60,907 nucleotides of DNA from Bacteroidia bacterium (GCA_026391215.1 JAPLDX010000089.1:1-60907); one strand, 5' to 3'; positions 1 to 10,538 are shown, counted from the first letter of the stretch. Made by a program: numbers and translations. The notes: a model not told the origin generated them from the letters alone.

Positions 1-825
1 GAAAAGATCCTTGATTATAGCAAAAATAAAGATGGGATGTTGGTGAAAGGGATTGATCTCAGGGATATTCCCGAGATTATTCTCTGGGGAGTAAGGCCAT
101 GTGACGCAATGGGAATTGGTGAGCTGAATGCGATTTTTAACTGGGATTATAAAGATGAAATTTTCAATAACCGTTTATCTCGTATCATAGTTTTCGGATT
201 CAGCTGCAGCAAATCAGATGAATACTGTTTCTGTAGCTCGGTTGGAGGGAATCCAGGAAATACTGCCGGCAGCGACATCCTATTTACAAGGCTTGGCGAC
301 GATGGTGATTATCTTGCAGAAGTGCTGACTGACAAGGGATCATCTGTTGTTTCGCTGGCATCAGAACTTTTCGAGAAAGCTGGTGAAATAAAAAAAGAAA
401 AATTCCTTGCTGAAGTTCCTGTCAGATTCAACCAGGAAGAAATCAGCAAAAAGCTTGAAAAATTTTTTGAAAATGAGCAATGGGTTGAGCAGTCGCTTAA
501 ATGTCTTGGGTGCGGAGCTTGTGCTTATGTCTGCCCCACATGTGCCTGCTTTGATATACAGGATGAGGCGCATGGTAAGTCCGGATCGCGTGTCAGATGC
601 TGGGATGCATGCGGATTTTCGCATTTTACGGTTCATACTTCAGGGCATAATCCCCGTGAAGTACAATCACAAAGATGGAGACAGCGCATTATGCATAAAT
701 TTTCATATATGCCCGAAAGGCTGTCTGTTTATGGCTGCACAGGATGCGGCCGCTGTTCCAGGGCATGTCCTGCCGACATGAATATTCTTGAACATTTAAT
801 TTCAATTCAGGAGGTTATTGTATGA
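1..825 (+). CDS. 4Fe-4S dicluster protein, AsrA/sulfhydrogenase-beta/FlxB-like (5' partial)
   Basis: Frame is open from base 1 (EKILDYSKNKDGMLV...), so the gene starts upstream of the window. Motifs GVRPCD, CFC, CLGCGACAYVCPTC and CTGCGRCSRACP. Confidence 0.85.
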   Translation, partial: EKILDYSKNKDGMLVKGIDLRDIPEIILWGVRPCDAMGIGELNAIFNWDYKDEIFNNRLSRIIVFGFSCSKSDEYCFCSSVGGNPGNTAGSDILFTRLGDDGDYLAEVLTDKGSSVVSLASELFEKAGEIKKEKFLAEVPVRFNQEEISKKLEKFFENEQWVEQSLKCLGCGACAYVCPTCACFDIQDEAHGKSGSRVRCWDACGFSHFTVHTSGHNPREVQSQRWRQRIMHKFSYMPERLSVYGCTGCGRCSRACPADMNILEHLISIQEVIV

Positions 826-1658
826 CAGACAATTTATATATGCCATACCTCATGAGGATTGATAAGGTAACTTATGAGGCGCCGGGTGTTAAAACATTTA
901 TGCTGAAATTCATCAATGAGGAAGATCAGAACAAATTCACATTTAAAGCCGGTCAGTTTGGCGAATATTCTGTTTACGGGGTGGGTGAATCCACATTCTG
1001 CATTGCTTCATCGCCAACACGTAAAGGATATATTGAATGCACTTTCAGGCAGACAGGTAAAGTTACAAACGCTCTGGCAGGATGTGAAGAAGGCAGTATA
1101 ATAGGATTTCGCGGACCTTATGGAAACATCTTCCCTCTTGAGGAATGGAAAGGCAAAAGCCTCCTCTTTATTGCAGGCGGAATAGCTTTACCTCCAATGC
1201 GTTGTGTGATCTGGAACGCACTTGACCTCCGGGATAATTTCAAGGATATCACTATTATATATGGGGCAAGAACAGTTAAAGATCTGGTTTATAAGCACGA
1301 ATTACAGGAATGGGAGAGGCGTAAGGATGTCAAGCTTATAACTACTGTTGATCCGGGAGGTGAAACGCCCGACTGGAAAGGTGAGATTGGTTTTGTTCCG
1401 GCAATAGTTGAAAAGATTGCCCCTTCATCTAAGGAAACAATAGCAATAGTCTGCGGACCTCCCGTAATGATAAAATATACTTTTCCCGTGCTTGCCAGGC
1501 TTGGCTTTTCAGATGAAAACATATATACAACCCTGGAGAACCGCATGAAATGTGGTTTTGGCAAATGCGGCCGGTGCAATGTCGGTAAGGTATATGTTTG
1601 CAAAGATGGTCCGGTATTTACACTTTCGCAATTGAAGGAATTGCCAGATGAGTATTAA
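822..1658 (+). CDS. FAD/NAD(P)-binding oxidoreductase with 2Fe-2S tail, AsrB/HydG/FlxA-like
   Basis: RGPYGN, AGGIALPP and CGPPVM motifs; C-terminal MKCGFGKCGRC...VCKDGPVF; ATGA overlap with the upstream gene. Confidence 0.88.
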   Translation: MTDNLYMPYLMRIDKVTYEAPGVKTFMLKFINEEDQNKFTFKAGQFGEYSVYGVGESTFCIASSPTRKGYIECTFRQTGKVTNALAGCEEGSIIGFRGPYGNIFPLEEWKGKSLLFIAGGIALPPMRCVIWNALDLRDNFKDITIIYGARTVKDLVYKHELQEWERRKDVKLITTVDPGGETPDWKGEIGFVPAIVEKIAPSSKETIAIVCGPPVMIKYTFPVLARLGFSDENIYTTLENRMKCGFGKCGRCNVGKVYVCKDGPVFTLSQLKELPDEY

Positions 1659-1665
1659 TAAAAAT

Positions 1666-3612
1666 TCATAACCGTTCAATCCTTTTAGCTACCGGGTGAT
1701 CTACTAATATCGGAACGTTTTCAACGATAGTTCTGGTTGTATCGAGTTGGAGAGCTCTCTCCTCAGGTATGCTAAGATGTTTTGCCAATCCCTGCAGTGT
1801 AAGAATGAAGTTTTCGGCGTTTGTTAGCTTAAAGTCACGCAGCATAATTCTGTCAATAAGTACAAATTTAAAATCACCCGGGAATCCGTGTTTTTTAAGG
1901 GAGTTATAGCTGCTTTCAAGTTTTATCTCACCCGCTTTCACCATATCTTCAACAACCTCTCTGAAATAGAGATTTATTTTCGGATCAACTTTAAACCCAA
2001 TGTGAAAATCAACCCGGATAAGAATGCCAGGTATTATTTGTTTGACTTTATATTCAAAACGGTTTGGTTCATCTACCCTGTCAACATGCAGTAACCAATA
2101 AGTATTTGCCCTTTTTGGCTGTTTTTGAAATATGGAATAGATCACTTTAGATTCAACCTGAGCGCTCCTGTCCGCATGTATGATATAAACAAGATTGGTT
2201 GCAAATTTAGAAACAGATTCATCCTTGCTGAGATCTCTGAACATATCAAGGTACTTATCCAGATCTGAAAAAGTCATATACCGGTTCCTTATTTTCCTGC
2301 CAAAATACCAGCCATACATAACAAGGAAGTATATTGAGGCAAGCAGAAGTGTAAACCAACCTCCGTATATGAATTTGTGCAAATTGGCAATCAGGAAGCT
2401 TCCTTCTATCGTCAGATAGGTCATAAAGAGTATCAGTACCAGCCTGTGGTTCAATCCTTTCTTTAATAAATAATATGAAAGGAGGAATGTGGTCATTATT
2501 TCAGTAATGTTGATTGCCAGACCATAAGCGGCATTCATATTTGAAGATTCTTTGAAAAAGAAAACAGTAAGGCTGCAGGCCAGCCAGAGAAACCAGTTCA
2601 CAAAAGGCAGGTAAACCTGCCCCCTGACATACGTAGGATGCAGTACTCTGACTTTAGGCCAGAAATTCAAAGAAATGGCCTCACTTATCAGAGTGAATGA
2701 TCCGCTGATTATTGCCTGGCTTGCAATTATTGCTGCTGCTGTAGCCAATAATATTCCGGGCATCAGGAACCATTTTGGCATTATCCCAAAAAATGGATTA
2801 ACATCGGCTCCTGTTTCCATATTCATCATCAGCCAGGCGCCCTGTCCGAAATAATTAAGGAGGAGCGCTATCTTGGCAAATCCCCATGAAACCTGGATAT
2901 TTGATCTTCCGCAATGTCCGAGGTCAGCATAGAGTGCTTCCGCACCTGTTGTACAGAGAAAAACAGCCCCCAGCAAAATAAATCCGCCAGGATATTCAGT
3001 AAGAAACTTATAGGCATAGGCAGGGTTTACAGCTTGCAGAATATCCGGATGCCTGATTAACTGAAAAAAACCAAGAACAGCGAGCGTAGTGAACCATACA
3101 AGCATGATCGGGCCAAAAGAACTCCCGATAAAATTTGTCCCGAATTGCTGTATAAAAAACAGGACGGCTAGAATAATTAAAACTATCGTAACTACCGGAA
3201 TATCAGGACTAAGCAGCTTTAATCCTTCTATTGAAGAAGTGACAGTGATAGCGGGAGTGATGACGCCGTCAGCCAGAAGAGCCGCTCCTCCGATCATCGT
3301 CAGGATAGCAACCCATGATGATTTTCCCTTAATCAGCGCAGCCAGGGCAAATATGCCTCCCTCTCCATTGTTATCGGCCTGTAAGGTTATTACAACATAT
3401 TTAATTGTTGTGGTTAAAGTCAGCGTCCAGAAAATACACGATAAACCTCCATAAATAAGCAATTGATTAAAATTTTCGGATCCGCCAGTAATGATTGCTC
3501 TCATTGTATATAGCGGGCTGGTGCCGAGATCGCCAAATACGATTCCGAGTGTAATTAATGCACCTGCAAAAGAGAGCTTTTTAATATCCGGATGAATCTC
3601 AGGATTTTTCAT
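1666..3612 (-). CDS. kup: KUP/HAK/KT potassium transporter
   Basis: LGIVFGDLGTSPLY, ADNNGEGG, DGVITPAITV and TGAEALYADLGH motifs. ATG at 3612 chosen; the ORF track extends to 3639. Confidence 0.95.
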   Translation of the reverse strand: MKNPEIHPDIKKLSFAGALITLGIVFGDLGTSPLYTMRAIITGGSENFNQLLIYGGLSCIFWTLTLTTTIKYVVITLQADNNGEGGIFALAALIKGKSSWVAILTMIGGAALLADGVITPAITVTSSIEGLKLLSPDIPVVTIVLIILAVLFFIQQFGTNFIGSSFGPIMLVWFTTLAVLGFFQLIRHPDILQAVNPAYAYKFLTEYPGGFILLGAVFLCTTGAEALYADLGHCGRSNIQVSWGFAKIALLLNYFGQGAWLMMNMETGADVNPFFGIMPKWFLMPGILLATAAAIIASQAIISGSFTLISEAISLNFWPKVRVLHPTYVRGQVYLPFVNWFLWLACSLTVFFFKESSNMNAAYGLAINITEIMTTFLLSYYLLKKGLNHRLVLILFMTYLTIEGSFLIANLHKFIYGGWFTLLLASIYFLVMYGWYFGRKIRNRYMTFSDLDKYLDMFRDLSKDESVSKFATNLVYIIHADRSAQVESKVIYSIFQKQPKRANTYWLLHVDRVDEPNRFEYKVKQIIPGILIRVDFHIGFKVDPKINLYFREVVEDMVKAGEIKLESSYNSLKKHGFPGDFKFVLIDRIMLRDFKLTNAENFILTLQGLAKHLSIPEERALQLDTTRTIVENVPILVDHPVAKRIERL

Positions 3613-3692
3613 GATATTCTCAGCTAATAGTTTAATCAACAGCTGAGAAAAGCGCCAAAGATAAAGATATTAATAAAATAAACACAAAACAT

Positions 3693-3724
3693 AAAAGAAG
3701 CTGCCATTGATGGCAGCTTCTTTA
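3693..3724 (-). terminator. Intrinsic terminator after hppA
   Basis: AAAAGAAGCTGCCA-TTGA-TGGCAGCTTCTTTT perfect stem with A/T tails. Confidence 0.85.
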
Positions 3725-3744
3725 CTGAATATGATAATAAAATA

Positions 3745-6036
3745 TTATGCGAAAATACTCCATGCAACCGTAAGGCCTGCAAGTACAACTGAAACCATTG
3801 ACATCAGTTTAATAAGGATATTAAGTGCAGGACCTGATGTATCTTTAAATGGATCACCTACTGTGTCTCCAACAACACTGGCTTTATGGCATTCACTTTT
3901 CTTGCCGCCATAGTTACCTCTTTCAATAAATTTCTTTGCATTATCCCATGCGCCTCCGGCATTGTTAAGCATGCTGGCAAGCACAAAGCCGGCACTCATG
4001 CCTCCTGCCAAAAGTCCTATAACACCAGGGACCCCGAAAATAATACCTACAAGCAGTGGAACAGCAATAGCCAGTAAAGATGGAACAAGCATCTCGCTTT
4101 GTGCTCCTGCAGTAGAAATTTCAACGCATTTTGCATATTCAGGTTTTGCTTTGCCTTCCATAATACCAGGAATTTCACGGAACTGACGTCTTACCTCATC
4201 AACCATCTTTCCTGCAGCGCGGCCTACAGCTTTCATGCTCATGGAGCTGAAAAGGAAAGCCATCATCGCACCAATAAACACACCTCCAAGAAGAATAGGA
4301 TTAAATAACGATAGATCATAGGCGTTAGTAAAGTCCTTTATAGTTGCGGCTGTAATATTTACAGCTGTTTGTCCATCCTGAACGGCCGGAACGGTACTGC
4401 TATAGAAGAGGGTATCACCTATCTGTTTGAATCCTTCAGGAGCTTTATCAATAAGTCGGCCAAGCCATAATCTGACCTCTTCCATATAAGCAGCCATAAG
4501 TGCAAGAGCGGTAAGTGCAGCAGAACCAATTGCAAAGCCTTTCCCTGTTGCAGCAGTCGTATTGCCAAGTCCGTCAAGAGCATCTGTCCTTTCTCTTACT
4601 TCCTTTGGAAGTTCAGACATTTCTGCATTACCACCTGCATTGTCAGCTATAGGGCCGAATGCATCAGTAGCAAGTGTAATACCAAGTGTTGAAAGCATAC
4701 CTACAGCTGCAAAGCCGATACCATAAACACCCATGGAAAAATTATGGAATCCACCTGCAAAGCCATATGCTGCAATTATGCCAGCGACTATTGTTATAAC
4801 CGGTACAAGTGTTGAGGACATCCCAACAGCCATTCCTTCAATTATTACAGTTGCAGGACCTTGCTGGGATTGCTTGGCAATGCCCTGGGTAGGTTTATTT
4901 CCATCTGACGTATAATATTCAGTAGATTGTCCGATGATGACACCTGCAACAAGACCTGATACTGCTGCACCAAATACGCCCCATGTAATCCAGTCTATTG
5001 CAGCCAGAACAGCAAGTACAACAAGTATCAGCGCTGAACTGCTTCCCGTTCCAAGGAGGAGAGCCCGAAGAAGAACTTTTGGTGTTGCAGATTCTTTGGT
5101 CCTTACCATATAAACACCTGCTATAGAGAGTAATATACCTATTGCTGATACAAGCATCGGAGCTACTACAGCTTTCATCTGAAGGTCTCCGGAAATGGCG
5201 GGCAGAGCGGCGCCAAGGGCTGCTGTAGACAGGATTGAACCGGCATAAGATTCGTAAAGGTCAGCACCCATTCCAGCAACATCACCAACATTGTCACCAA
5301 CATTATCAGCAATTGTTGCGGGATTACGTGGGTCATCTTCAGGAATTCCAGCTTCAACTTTACCGACCAGGTCAGCGCCAACGTCAGCAGCTTTCGTAAA
5401 TATACCACCGCCAACACGTGCAAAAAGAGCCTGCGTTGAAGCACCCATTCCGAAAGTCAGCATAACTGCTGTAACCTCAATAAGTTTCTGATGTTCAGTA
5501 GTTCCTGCCTGAACAAATGTCAGTCCGAGAAACCTGAGACCGGTTTCCATATTTTCAGGGGTGAAAACAAGACCATTGAGAATAAGGAACCAGAGGGCAA
5601 TATCAAGAAGGCCAAAACCCACAACGACCAGCCCCATGACAGCACCGCTTCTTAATGCAACCTGAAGTCCTTTATTAAGGGATTTTGAGGCTGCCCAGGC
5701 TGTCCTGTTCGATGCATATGTTGCTGTTTTCATCCCAAGAAAACCGCAAAGACCTGAGAAAAATCCTCCGGTAAGGAAAGCAATCGGAACAAAGGGATTC
5801 TGAATCCCAAAATATGCCAGTACAAACAAAAGAACAACAAGAATAAGAAACACTTTGGTAACTACAGTGTACTGGCGTTTCAGGTAAGCCATAGCTCCTT
5901 CCCTTACATACGCAGCAATCTCCTTCATCTTGTCTGTACCTTCCTCCTGTTTATACATGCCCCTATAAAATATCCAGGCAAATAACAGTGCTGTGAGCGC
6001 TGAAATTGGAACAATCCAGAATAAATTACTAATCAT
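3745..6036 (-). CDS. hppA: K+-dependent membrane pyrophosphatase (Na+- or Na+,H+-translocating)
   Basis: DVGADLVGKVEAGIPEDDPRNPATIADNVGDNVGD, GNTTAA (Ala at the K+-dependence site) and GDTVGDPFKD. Confidence 0.95.
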   Translation of the reverse strand: MISNLFWIVPISALTALLFAWIFYRGMYKQEEGTDKMKEIAAYVREGAMAYLKRQYTVVTKVFLILVVLLFVLAYFGIQNPFVPIAFLTGGFFSGLCGFLGMKTATYASNRTAWAASKSLNKGLQVALRSGAVMGLVVVGFGLLDIALWFLILNGLVFTPENMETGLRFLGLTFVQAGTTEHQKLIEVTAVMLTFGMGASTQALFARVGGGIFTKAADVGADLVGKVEAGIPEDDPRNPATIADNVGDNVGDVAGMGADLYESYAGSILSTAALGAALPAISGDLQMKAVVAPMLVSAIGILLSIAGVYMVRTKESATPKVLLRALLLGTGSSSALILVVLAVLAAIDWITWGVFGAAVSGLVAGVIIGQSTEYYTSDGNKPTQGIAKQSQQGPATVIIEGMAVGMSSTLVPVITIVAGIIAAYGFAGGFHNFSMGVYGIGFAAVGMLSTLGITLATDAFGPIADNAGGNAEMSELPKEVRERTDALDGLGNTTAATGKGFAIGSAALTALALMAAYMEEVRLWLGRLIDKAPEGFKQIGDTLFYSSTVPAVQDGQTAVNITAATIKDFTNAYDLSLFNPILLGGVFIGAMMAFLFSSMSMKAVGRAAGKMVDEVRRQFREIPGIMEGKAKPEYAKCVEISTAGAQSEMLVPSLLAIAVPLLVGIIFGVPGVIGLLAGGMSAGFVLASMLNNAGGAWDNAKKFIERGNYGGKKSECHKASVVGDTVGDPFKDTSGPALNILIKLMSMVSVVLAGLTVAWSIFA

Positions 6037-6161
6037 GATATCAGTTTTAAATTAAATTATGGTTTTGTAAGAAAAATTTACGGGTACAAAACTAAATTAG
6101 TTTTTTGTTAATGCAAATGAAAAAAAGATATTCTTGAAACAGTATCAAAAAACTATCCTGA

Positions 6162-6926
6162 TTAAATCCCGCGGAAAAACTCATAATTAATATTTTCCAG
6201 CTCCTTCATTTCAGGATAAGGGTAAAACGCTATTTCATCCTTCGTCCCTACGTAAAATCCTGTTTCAATGGTACGGTAAAGAAGTGTTCCTGAGAAAATC
6301 CTCTGAACTGTCTTCATATGCTTTTCATATTCACCTTTCAGTATCTCAAGGCAGTCCCTGAGATGACCAATATTTGGATAAGGCAAATGCTCTGCTGAAC
6401 CGCCAAGAGGATTTGTTGCCAGTTCACCAAGCTTCAGCTCGACAAAAAACAGCTTTGGCAATACTATCGGCGTTGATCCGTCAGTAAGCTTTTTCAGGAA
6501 TGCTGAAGGTGCAAGCCCGCTGGCAACAAGAGGAGTGACCGGCGATAATTCCTGGTAAAGGTGAAGAGTGTTCTGAGGTTCTTTACTCTTATCATATTGC
6601 GCTCTTTTTAATTCAAGAACAATCCCATGATCAGTCGTAAGATAGAGGCTTTTCAGTGCAGAAACAGGAATCATCTCCAGGGTTCTGTAAACTGACAGGT
6701 AAACAGAGCTTTTAGGACTTCCGTCCTCCTTTTCAACGCATCTCTTATTAAGGCTCGTTATATCAATAAGATTCTCAATTTTACCCAGATCGACCTCAAA
6801 GAATATAGTCTGGCCTTTGTTGCGTTTTTTCGTCCCTGTAGAAAGATACATTCCGAATCCTTCAGGAGGGAGCATAGAAGCCACAAGTGCTTCCGGGGTA
6901 CAGGTTAAATAGATGTATTTGCTCAT
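6162..6926 (-). CDS. Hypothetical protein with a two-fold internal repeat
   Basis: 254-aa ORF with normal composition, divergent from dapL; no family recognised. Confidence 0.75.
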   Translation of the reverse strand: MSKYIYLTCTPEALVASMLPPEGFGMYLSTGTKKRNKGQTIFFEVDLGKIENLIDITSLNKRCVEKEDGSPKSSVYLSVYRTLEMIPVSALKSLYLTTDHGIVLELKRAQYDKSKEPQNTLHLYQELSPVTPLVASGLAPSAFLKKLTDGSTPIVLPKLFFVELKLGELATNPLGGSAEHLPYPNIGHLRDCLEILKGEYEKHMKTVQRIFSGTLLYRTIETGFYVGTKDEIAFYPYPEMKELENINYEFFRGI

Positions 6927-7081
6927 AGCAGTATAAATATTTATAAATGAACAATATCTGTACGATTGAACAAGAAGATCAAAAAGCCTGGAAAAAAACC
7001 TATATCAAATTTACATTACTTTTTGCTACATTGTTATTACTTTTGTCCAGTTAATTGAACAATATTAAATAATAACAGAAA

Positions 7082-8317
7082 ATGAACTCTTTTTTCGATG
7101 ATAAGATCTCAGAAAGACTGGGGGGCATAAATTTCGGGAAATCTACAGACATCTATAAATTTGAACTTATCAAGAGGGCAAAAGCAGCAGCAAAGCTGGC
7201 ACATCCTGAAATAAGCCTGATAGATATGGGAGTAGGGGAGCCTGACTGGCCCGCAGATGACGTGGTAGTAAAAGCCCTTGCGGAAGAAGCCGGAAAGCCG
7301 GAAAACAGATGGTATGCTGATAACGGGATCCCTGAATTCCAGGAGGCTGCAGCTCAGTATCTTGAAAAAGTATACGGACTTTCAGGTTTGGTACCATCTG
7401 AAAACATAGTTCATGGAATAGGATCAAAACCGGTACTTGCCATTTTACCGATATGTTTCATCAACCCTGGCGATATACTGCTTACTACTGTCCCCGGGTA
7501 TCCTGTTTCTGGCACATATACGAAATATCTTGGTGGTGAAGTTTTCAACCTTCCACTTCTTGAGTCAAACTCTTTTTTGCCTGATCTGGCTTCAATACCT
7601 CCGGCAATCCTGAAGAAGGCAAAGCTCATGTACATTAATTATCCAAATAATCCCACGGGCGCCGTTGCAAATAGGGAGTTCTTTAAAAATGTGGTCGATT
7701 TTGCCCTTAAAAATGGTATCATAGTCATTCATGACGCTGCTTATGCTGCACTGACTTATGACGGGTATGAGCCGCTCAGCTTTCTTTCCGTTGATGGATC
7801 AATGGAGGTAGGTCTGGAAGTCCATTCATTATCAAAGGCCTTTAACATGACAGGCTGGAGGATCGGCTTTGTCTGCGGAAATAATAAAGCAGTCAAAGCG
7901 TATGCAACAGTAAAGGATAACACTGATTCCGGGCAATTCAGGGCAATACAGAAAGCAGGTATTCAGGCATTAAGGAACACTGATATTACAGATAGAACTG
8001 TAGAAAAATACTCCAGAAGATTCGAACTGCTGGTAAATGCTCTGAAAGAAGTGGGATTTGATGCAAAAAAGCCGAAAGGATCATTCTATTGCTATGTTAA
8101 GGCCCCTTCAGGTACAGATGACGGAAAGGTATTCAATACTGCGTCAGAATTTTCTGAATTCCTGATTACTGAGTCATTAATATCCACAGTACCATGGGAT
8201 GATGCCGGTAAATATGTCAGATTTTCGGTAACTTTTGAAGCTGAATCAATTCAAAAGGAAAATGATGTTCTTTTTGATATGAAGGAAAGAATGAAAAAAT
8301 TGAAATTAATATTCTAG
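7082..8317 (+). CDS. dapL: LL-diaminopimelate aminotransferase (class I/II PLP enzyme)
   Basis: YINYPNNPTG, HDAAY, HSLSKAFNMTGWRIG and DSGQF motifs. Confidence 0.85.
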   Translation: MNSFFDDKISERLGGINFGKSTDIYKFELIKRAKAAAKLAHPEISLIDMGVGEPDWPADDVVVKALAEEAGKPENRWYADNGIPEFQEAAAQYLEKVYGLSGLVPSENIVHGIGSKPVLAILPICFINPGDILLTTVPGYPVSGTYTKYLGGEVFNLPLLESNSFLPDLASIPPAILKKAKLMYINYPNNPTGAVANREFFKNVVDFALKNGIIVIHDAAYAALTYDGYEPLSFLSVDGSMEVGLEVHSLSKAFNMTGWRIGFVCGNNKAVKAYATVKDNTDSGQFRAIQKAGIQALRNTDITDRTVEKYSRRFELLVNALKEVGFDAKKPKGSFYCYVKAPSGTDDGKVFNTASEFSEFLITESLISTVPWDDAGKYVRFSVTFEAESIQKENDVLFDMKERMKKLKLIF

Positions 8318-8461
8318 AAAGCTGATATTTGTTTATATTTATAAGTATAATTCGTTAATTTTCTAAAATAAGTAATGAGCTTCTGCGTTCATTATTAGAC
8401 AATTTGACTATCCTGATTAATTTTTCTATACCTAATTTTTTTGTATATTTCCGATAGTTAG

Positions 8462-8469
8462 TATATTTG
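8462..8469 (+). promoter_or_regulatory. Bacteroidota primary-sigma -7 element (TATATTTG)
   Basis: Matches TAnnTTTG about 30 bp upstream of the GT2 start. Confidence 0.55.
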
Positions 8470-8496
8470 CGCCACAAAATAACTTAGTCTGCTGTC

Positions 8497-9267
8497 ATGC
8501 AAAAGATATCTGCCGTAATTATAACAATGAACGAAGAGCAACTTATAGAACAATGTCTTCAATCACTTGATGACGTTGCAGACGAGGTTATTGTAGTTGA
8601 TTCATTTTCGACTGATTCCACAGAGCAGATTTGTAAGAAATACAATGTGAAATTTGTTCAACATGAATTTAAAGGATTCATGGATCAGAAGAATTATGCA
8701 TCATCGCTTGCTTCTCATCCCTATATCTTTTCGCTTGACGCTGATGAAGTTCTCAGTGAAGAACTTCAGAAATCAATACTTGAAGTGAAGAACAACATAA
8801 AGTATGAAGGATATACGGTCAACCGGTTAAGCAGGTATTGCGGGCAATGGATCAGACATTCTGCATGGTACCCTGACCCTCAGCTGCGACTCTTTAAAGC
8901 AGACAGAGGAAATTGGGGCCTGATAAATGTACATGAAAGATTCATAATGAATCATGACAGCAGAATAAGTAAACTTAAGGGGGATCTCCTCCACTTTCCT
9001 TGTAAATCCGAAGATGACCTTGCTGAGAAAATCGAAAAATACTCCAATATCGCTGCTACAGAATTTTATGAAGCCGGGAAAAGAGCATGGTTTACCACTC
9101 CTGCATTCCATATGATCTGGAGGTTCTTCCAGACTTATTTTATACGCCTTGGTTTCCTTGACGGCAAAAATGGTTTCGTAATCTGCAAAACAGGTGCATA
9201 TTCCAGTTTTCTTAAGTATTCAAAATTAAGAAAACTAGCTAAGGAGGAAAATAAGAAATCAGCATAA
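8497..9267 (+). CDS. Glycosyltransferase family 2 (beta-1,4-glucosyltransferase/LPS type)
   Basis: ISAVIIT.NEE, VVDSFSTD, SLDADE and VHE motifs. Confidence 0.9.
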   Translation: MQKISAVIITMNEEQLIEQCLQSLDDVADEVIVVDSFSTDSTEQICKKYNVKFVQHEFKGFMDQKNYASSLASHPYIFSLDADEVLSEELQKSILEVKNNIKYEGYTVNRLSRYCGQWIRHSAWYPDPQLRLFKADRGNWGLINVHERFIMNHDSRISKLKGDLLHFPCKSEDDLAEKIEKYSNIAATEFYEAGKRAWFTTPAFHMIWRFFQTYFIRLGFLDGKNGFVICKTGAYSSFLKYSKLRKLAKEENKKSA

Positions 9268-9271
9268 TACA

Positions 9272-9841
9272 ATGGACTTTCAAGAAGACCTGAAGAATTC
9301 ATTAAGGATTCTCAGAGAGGGAGGGACCATATTGTATCCGACCGATACGCTCTGGGGACTTGGGTGCGATGCCACAAATTCTTCAGCAGTGCAAAAGATC
9401 TTCAGTATAAAATCAAGAGATGAAAGTAAAAGCCTTATAATCCTTGTCAACGGATTATCAATGCTTGAAAGATGTGTTAAAGATGTCCCGGAAATAGTCT
9501 ATAATCTGACATCTGTTTCCGATTCTCCGCTGACAATCATCTATCCTGAAGGCAGAAACCTGGCTGAAGGCGTCTGCGCTGAAGATGGTTCCGTGGGTAT
9601 AAGGATTTGCAATGATGAGTTTTGCGTTGAACTTATTGAAAGGTTCCGGAAGCCTGTTGTTTCAACATCAGCCAATATGGCAGGAAAGAAATCTCCTTCC
9701 AGTTTCAGAGAAATAGATGAATACATTATCAGATCGGCTGATTATACTGTCAAATACCGCCGAGAAGACCAACAAAAATACTCCGCTTCTCCTGTCATTA
9801 AAGTAGAAAAAAACGGAGTATTTAAAATCTTAAGGAAATAA
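9272..9841 (+). CDS. tsaC: L-threonylcarbamoyladenylate synthase (Sua5/YrdC)
   Basis: YPTDTLWGLGCD, K.R...K and STSAN motifs. Confidence 0.92.
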   Translation: MDFQEDLKNSLRILREGGTILYPTDTLWGLGCDATNSSAVQKIFSIKSRDESKSLIILVNGLSMLERCVKDVPEIVYNLTSVSDSPLTIIYPEGRNLAEGVCAEDGSVGIRICNDEFCVELIERFRKPVVSTSANMAGKKSPSSFREIDEYIIRSADYTVKYRREDQQKYSASPVIKVEKNGVFKILRK

Positions 9842-9842
9842 T

Positions 9843-10538
9843 TCAGTTTGAAGATCTTACATGTCCCGATCCTGATACTCTTGCATCAATTTTCGGATTG
9901 CCTGTATATGTTACATTTCCACTACCTGATACGCTGGACTCAAGAGATCCGGTTACATTACATGTGCAGTTTCCACTTCCCGAAATATGAACCTCCATTG
10001 TTTCACATTTAGCCGATTCTCCATGAAAGCTTCCCGATCCGCTGATCGAAATTTCAGCATCCTTTGCATTACCTTCTCCAAGGTGGATATTGCCTGAGCC
10101 TGAAATGCTGCATTCAAGGTTTTCAACTGCCAGTTCAGCTGTGTATATATTACCACTTCCGCTCACACTGAGATCAAGATCTTCTGTCTTTACAGCATCT
10201 TGTATCTCAGCCTTCCCGGAACCTGAAACACCAAGCCCTTCAAGTTCAGGCAATGTAACATAAACATTTACCTTACCCCTGAAGTCAAATCTCCAGTTTT
10301 CCTGTTTTATCTGAAGCCTTGCCCCCGAAAGTTCTGTAATTACCTCTTCAAGATCACCTTTCTCTCCTTCAAGTTCTACGCTGAACTGAGGACCGATCTT
10401 AACATAAAGATTTCCGGCAATCCCAAAACCAATTGAAGAAAATCCTTTGACATCCCTGGTTTCTTTAACAGTCTGCCCTGCTGAAAAACCATATGCAAGG
10501 CTCATGATAACTAATAATACTAAGGTTCTTTTCATCAT
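9843..10538 (-). CDS. DUF2807/head GIN-domain exported protein
   Basis: Signal peptide plus repeated (V/I)SGSG beta-helix motifs. Confidence 0.88.
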   Translation of the reverse strand: MMKRTLVLLVIMSLAYGFSAGQTVKETRDVKGFSSIGFGIAGNLYVKIGPQFSVELEGEKGDLEEVITELSGARLQIKQENWRFDFRGKVNVYVTLPELEGLGVSGSGKAEIQDAVKTEDLDLSVSGSGNIYTAELAVENLECSISGSGNIHLGEGNAKDAEISISGSGSFHGESAKCETMEVHISGSGNCTCNVTGSLESSVSGSGNVTYTGNPKIDARVSGSGHVRSSN

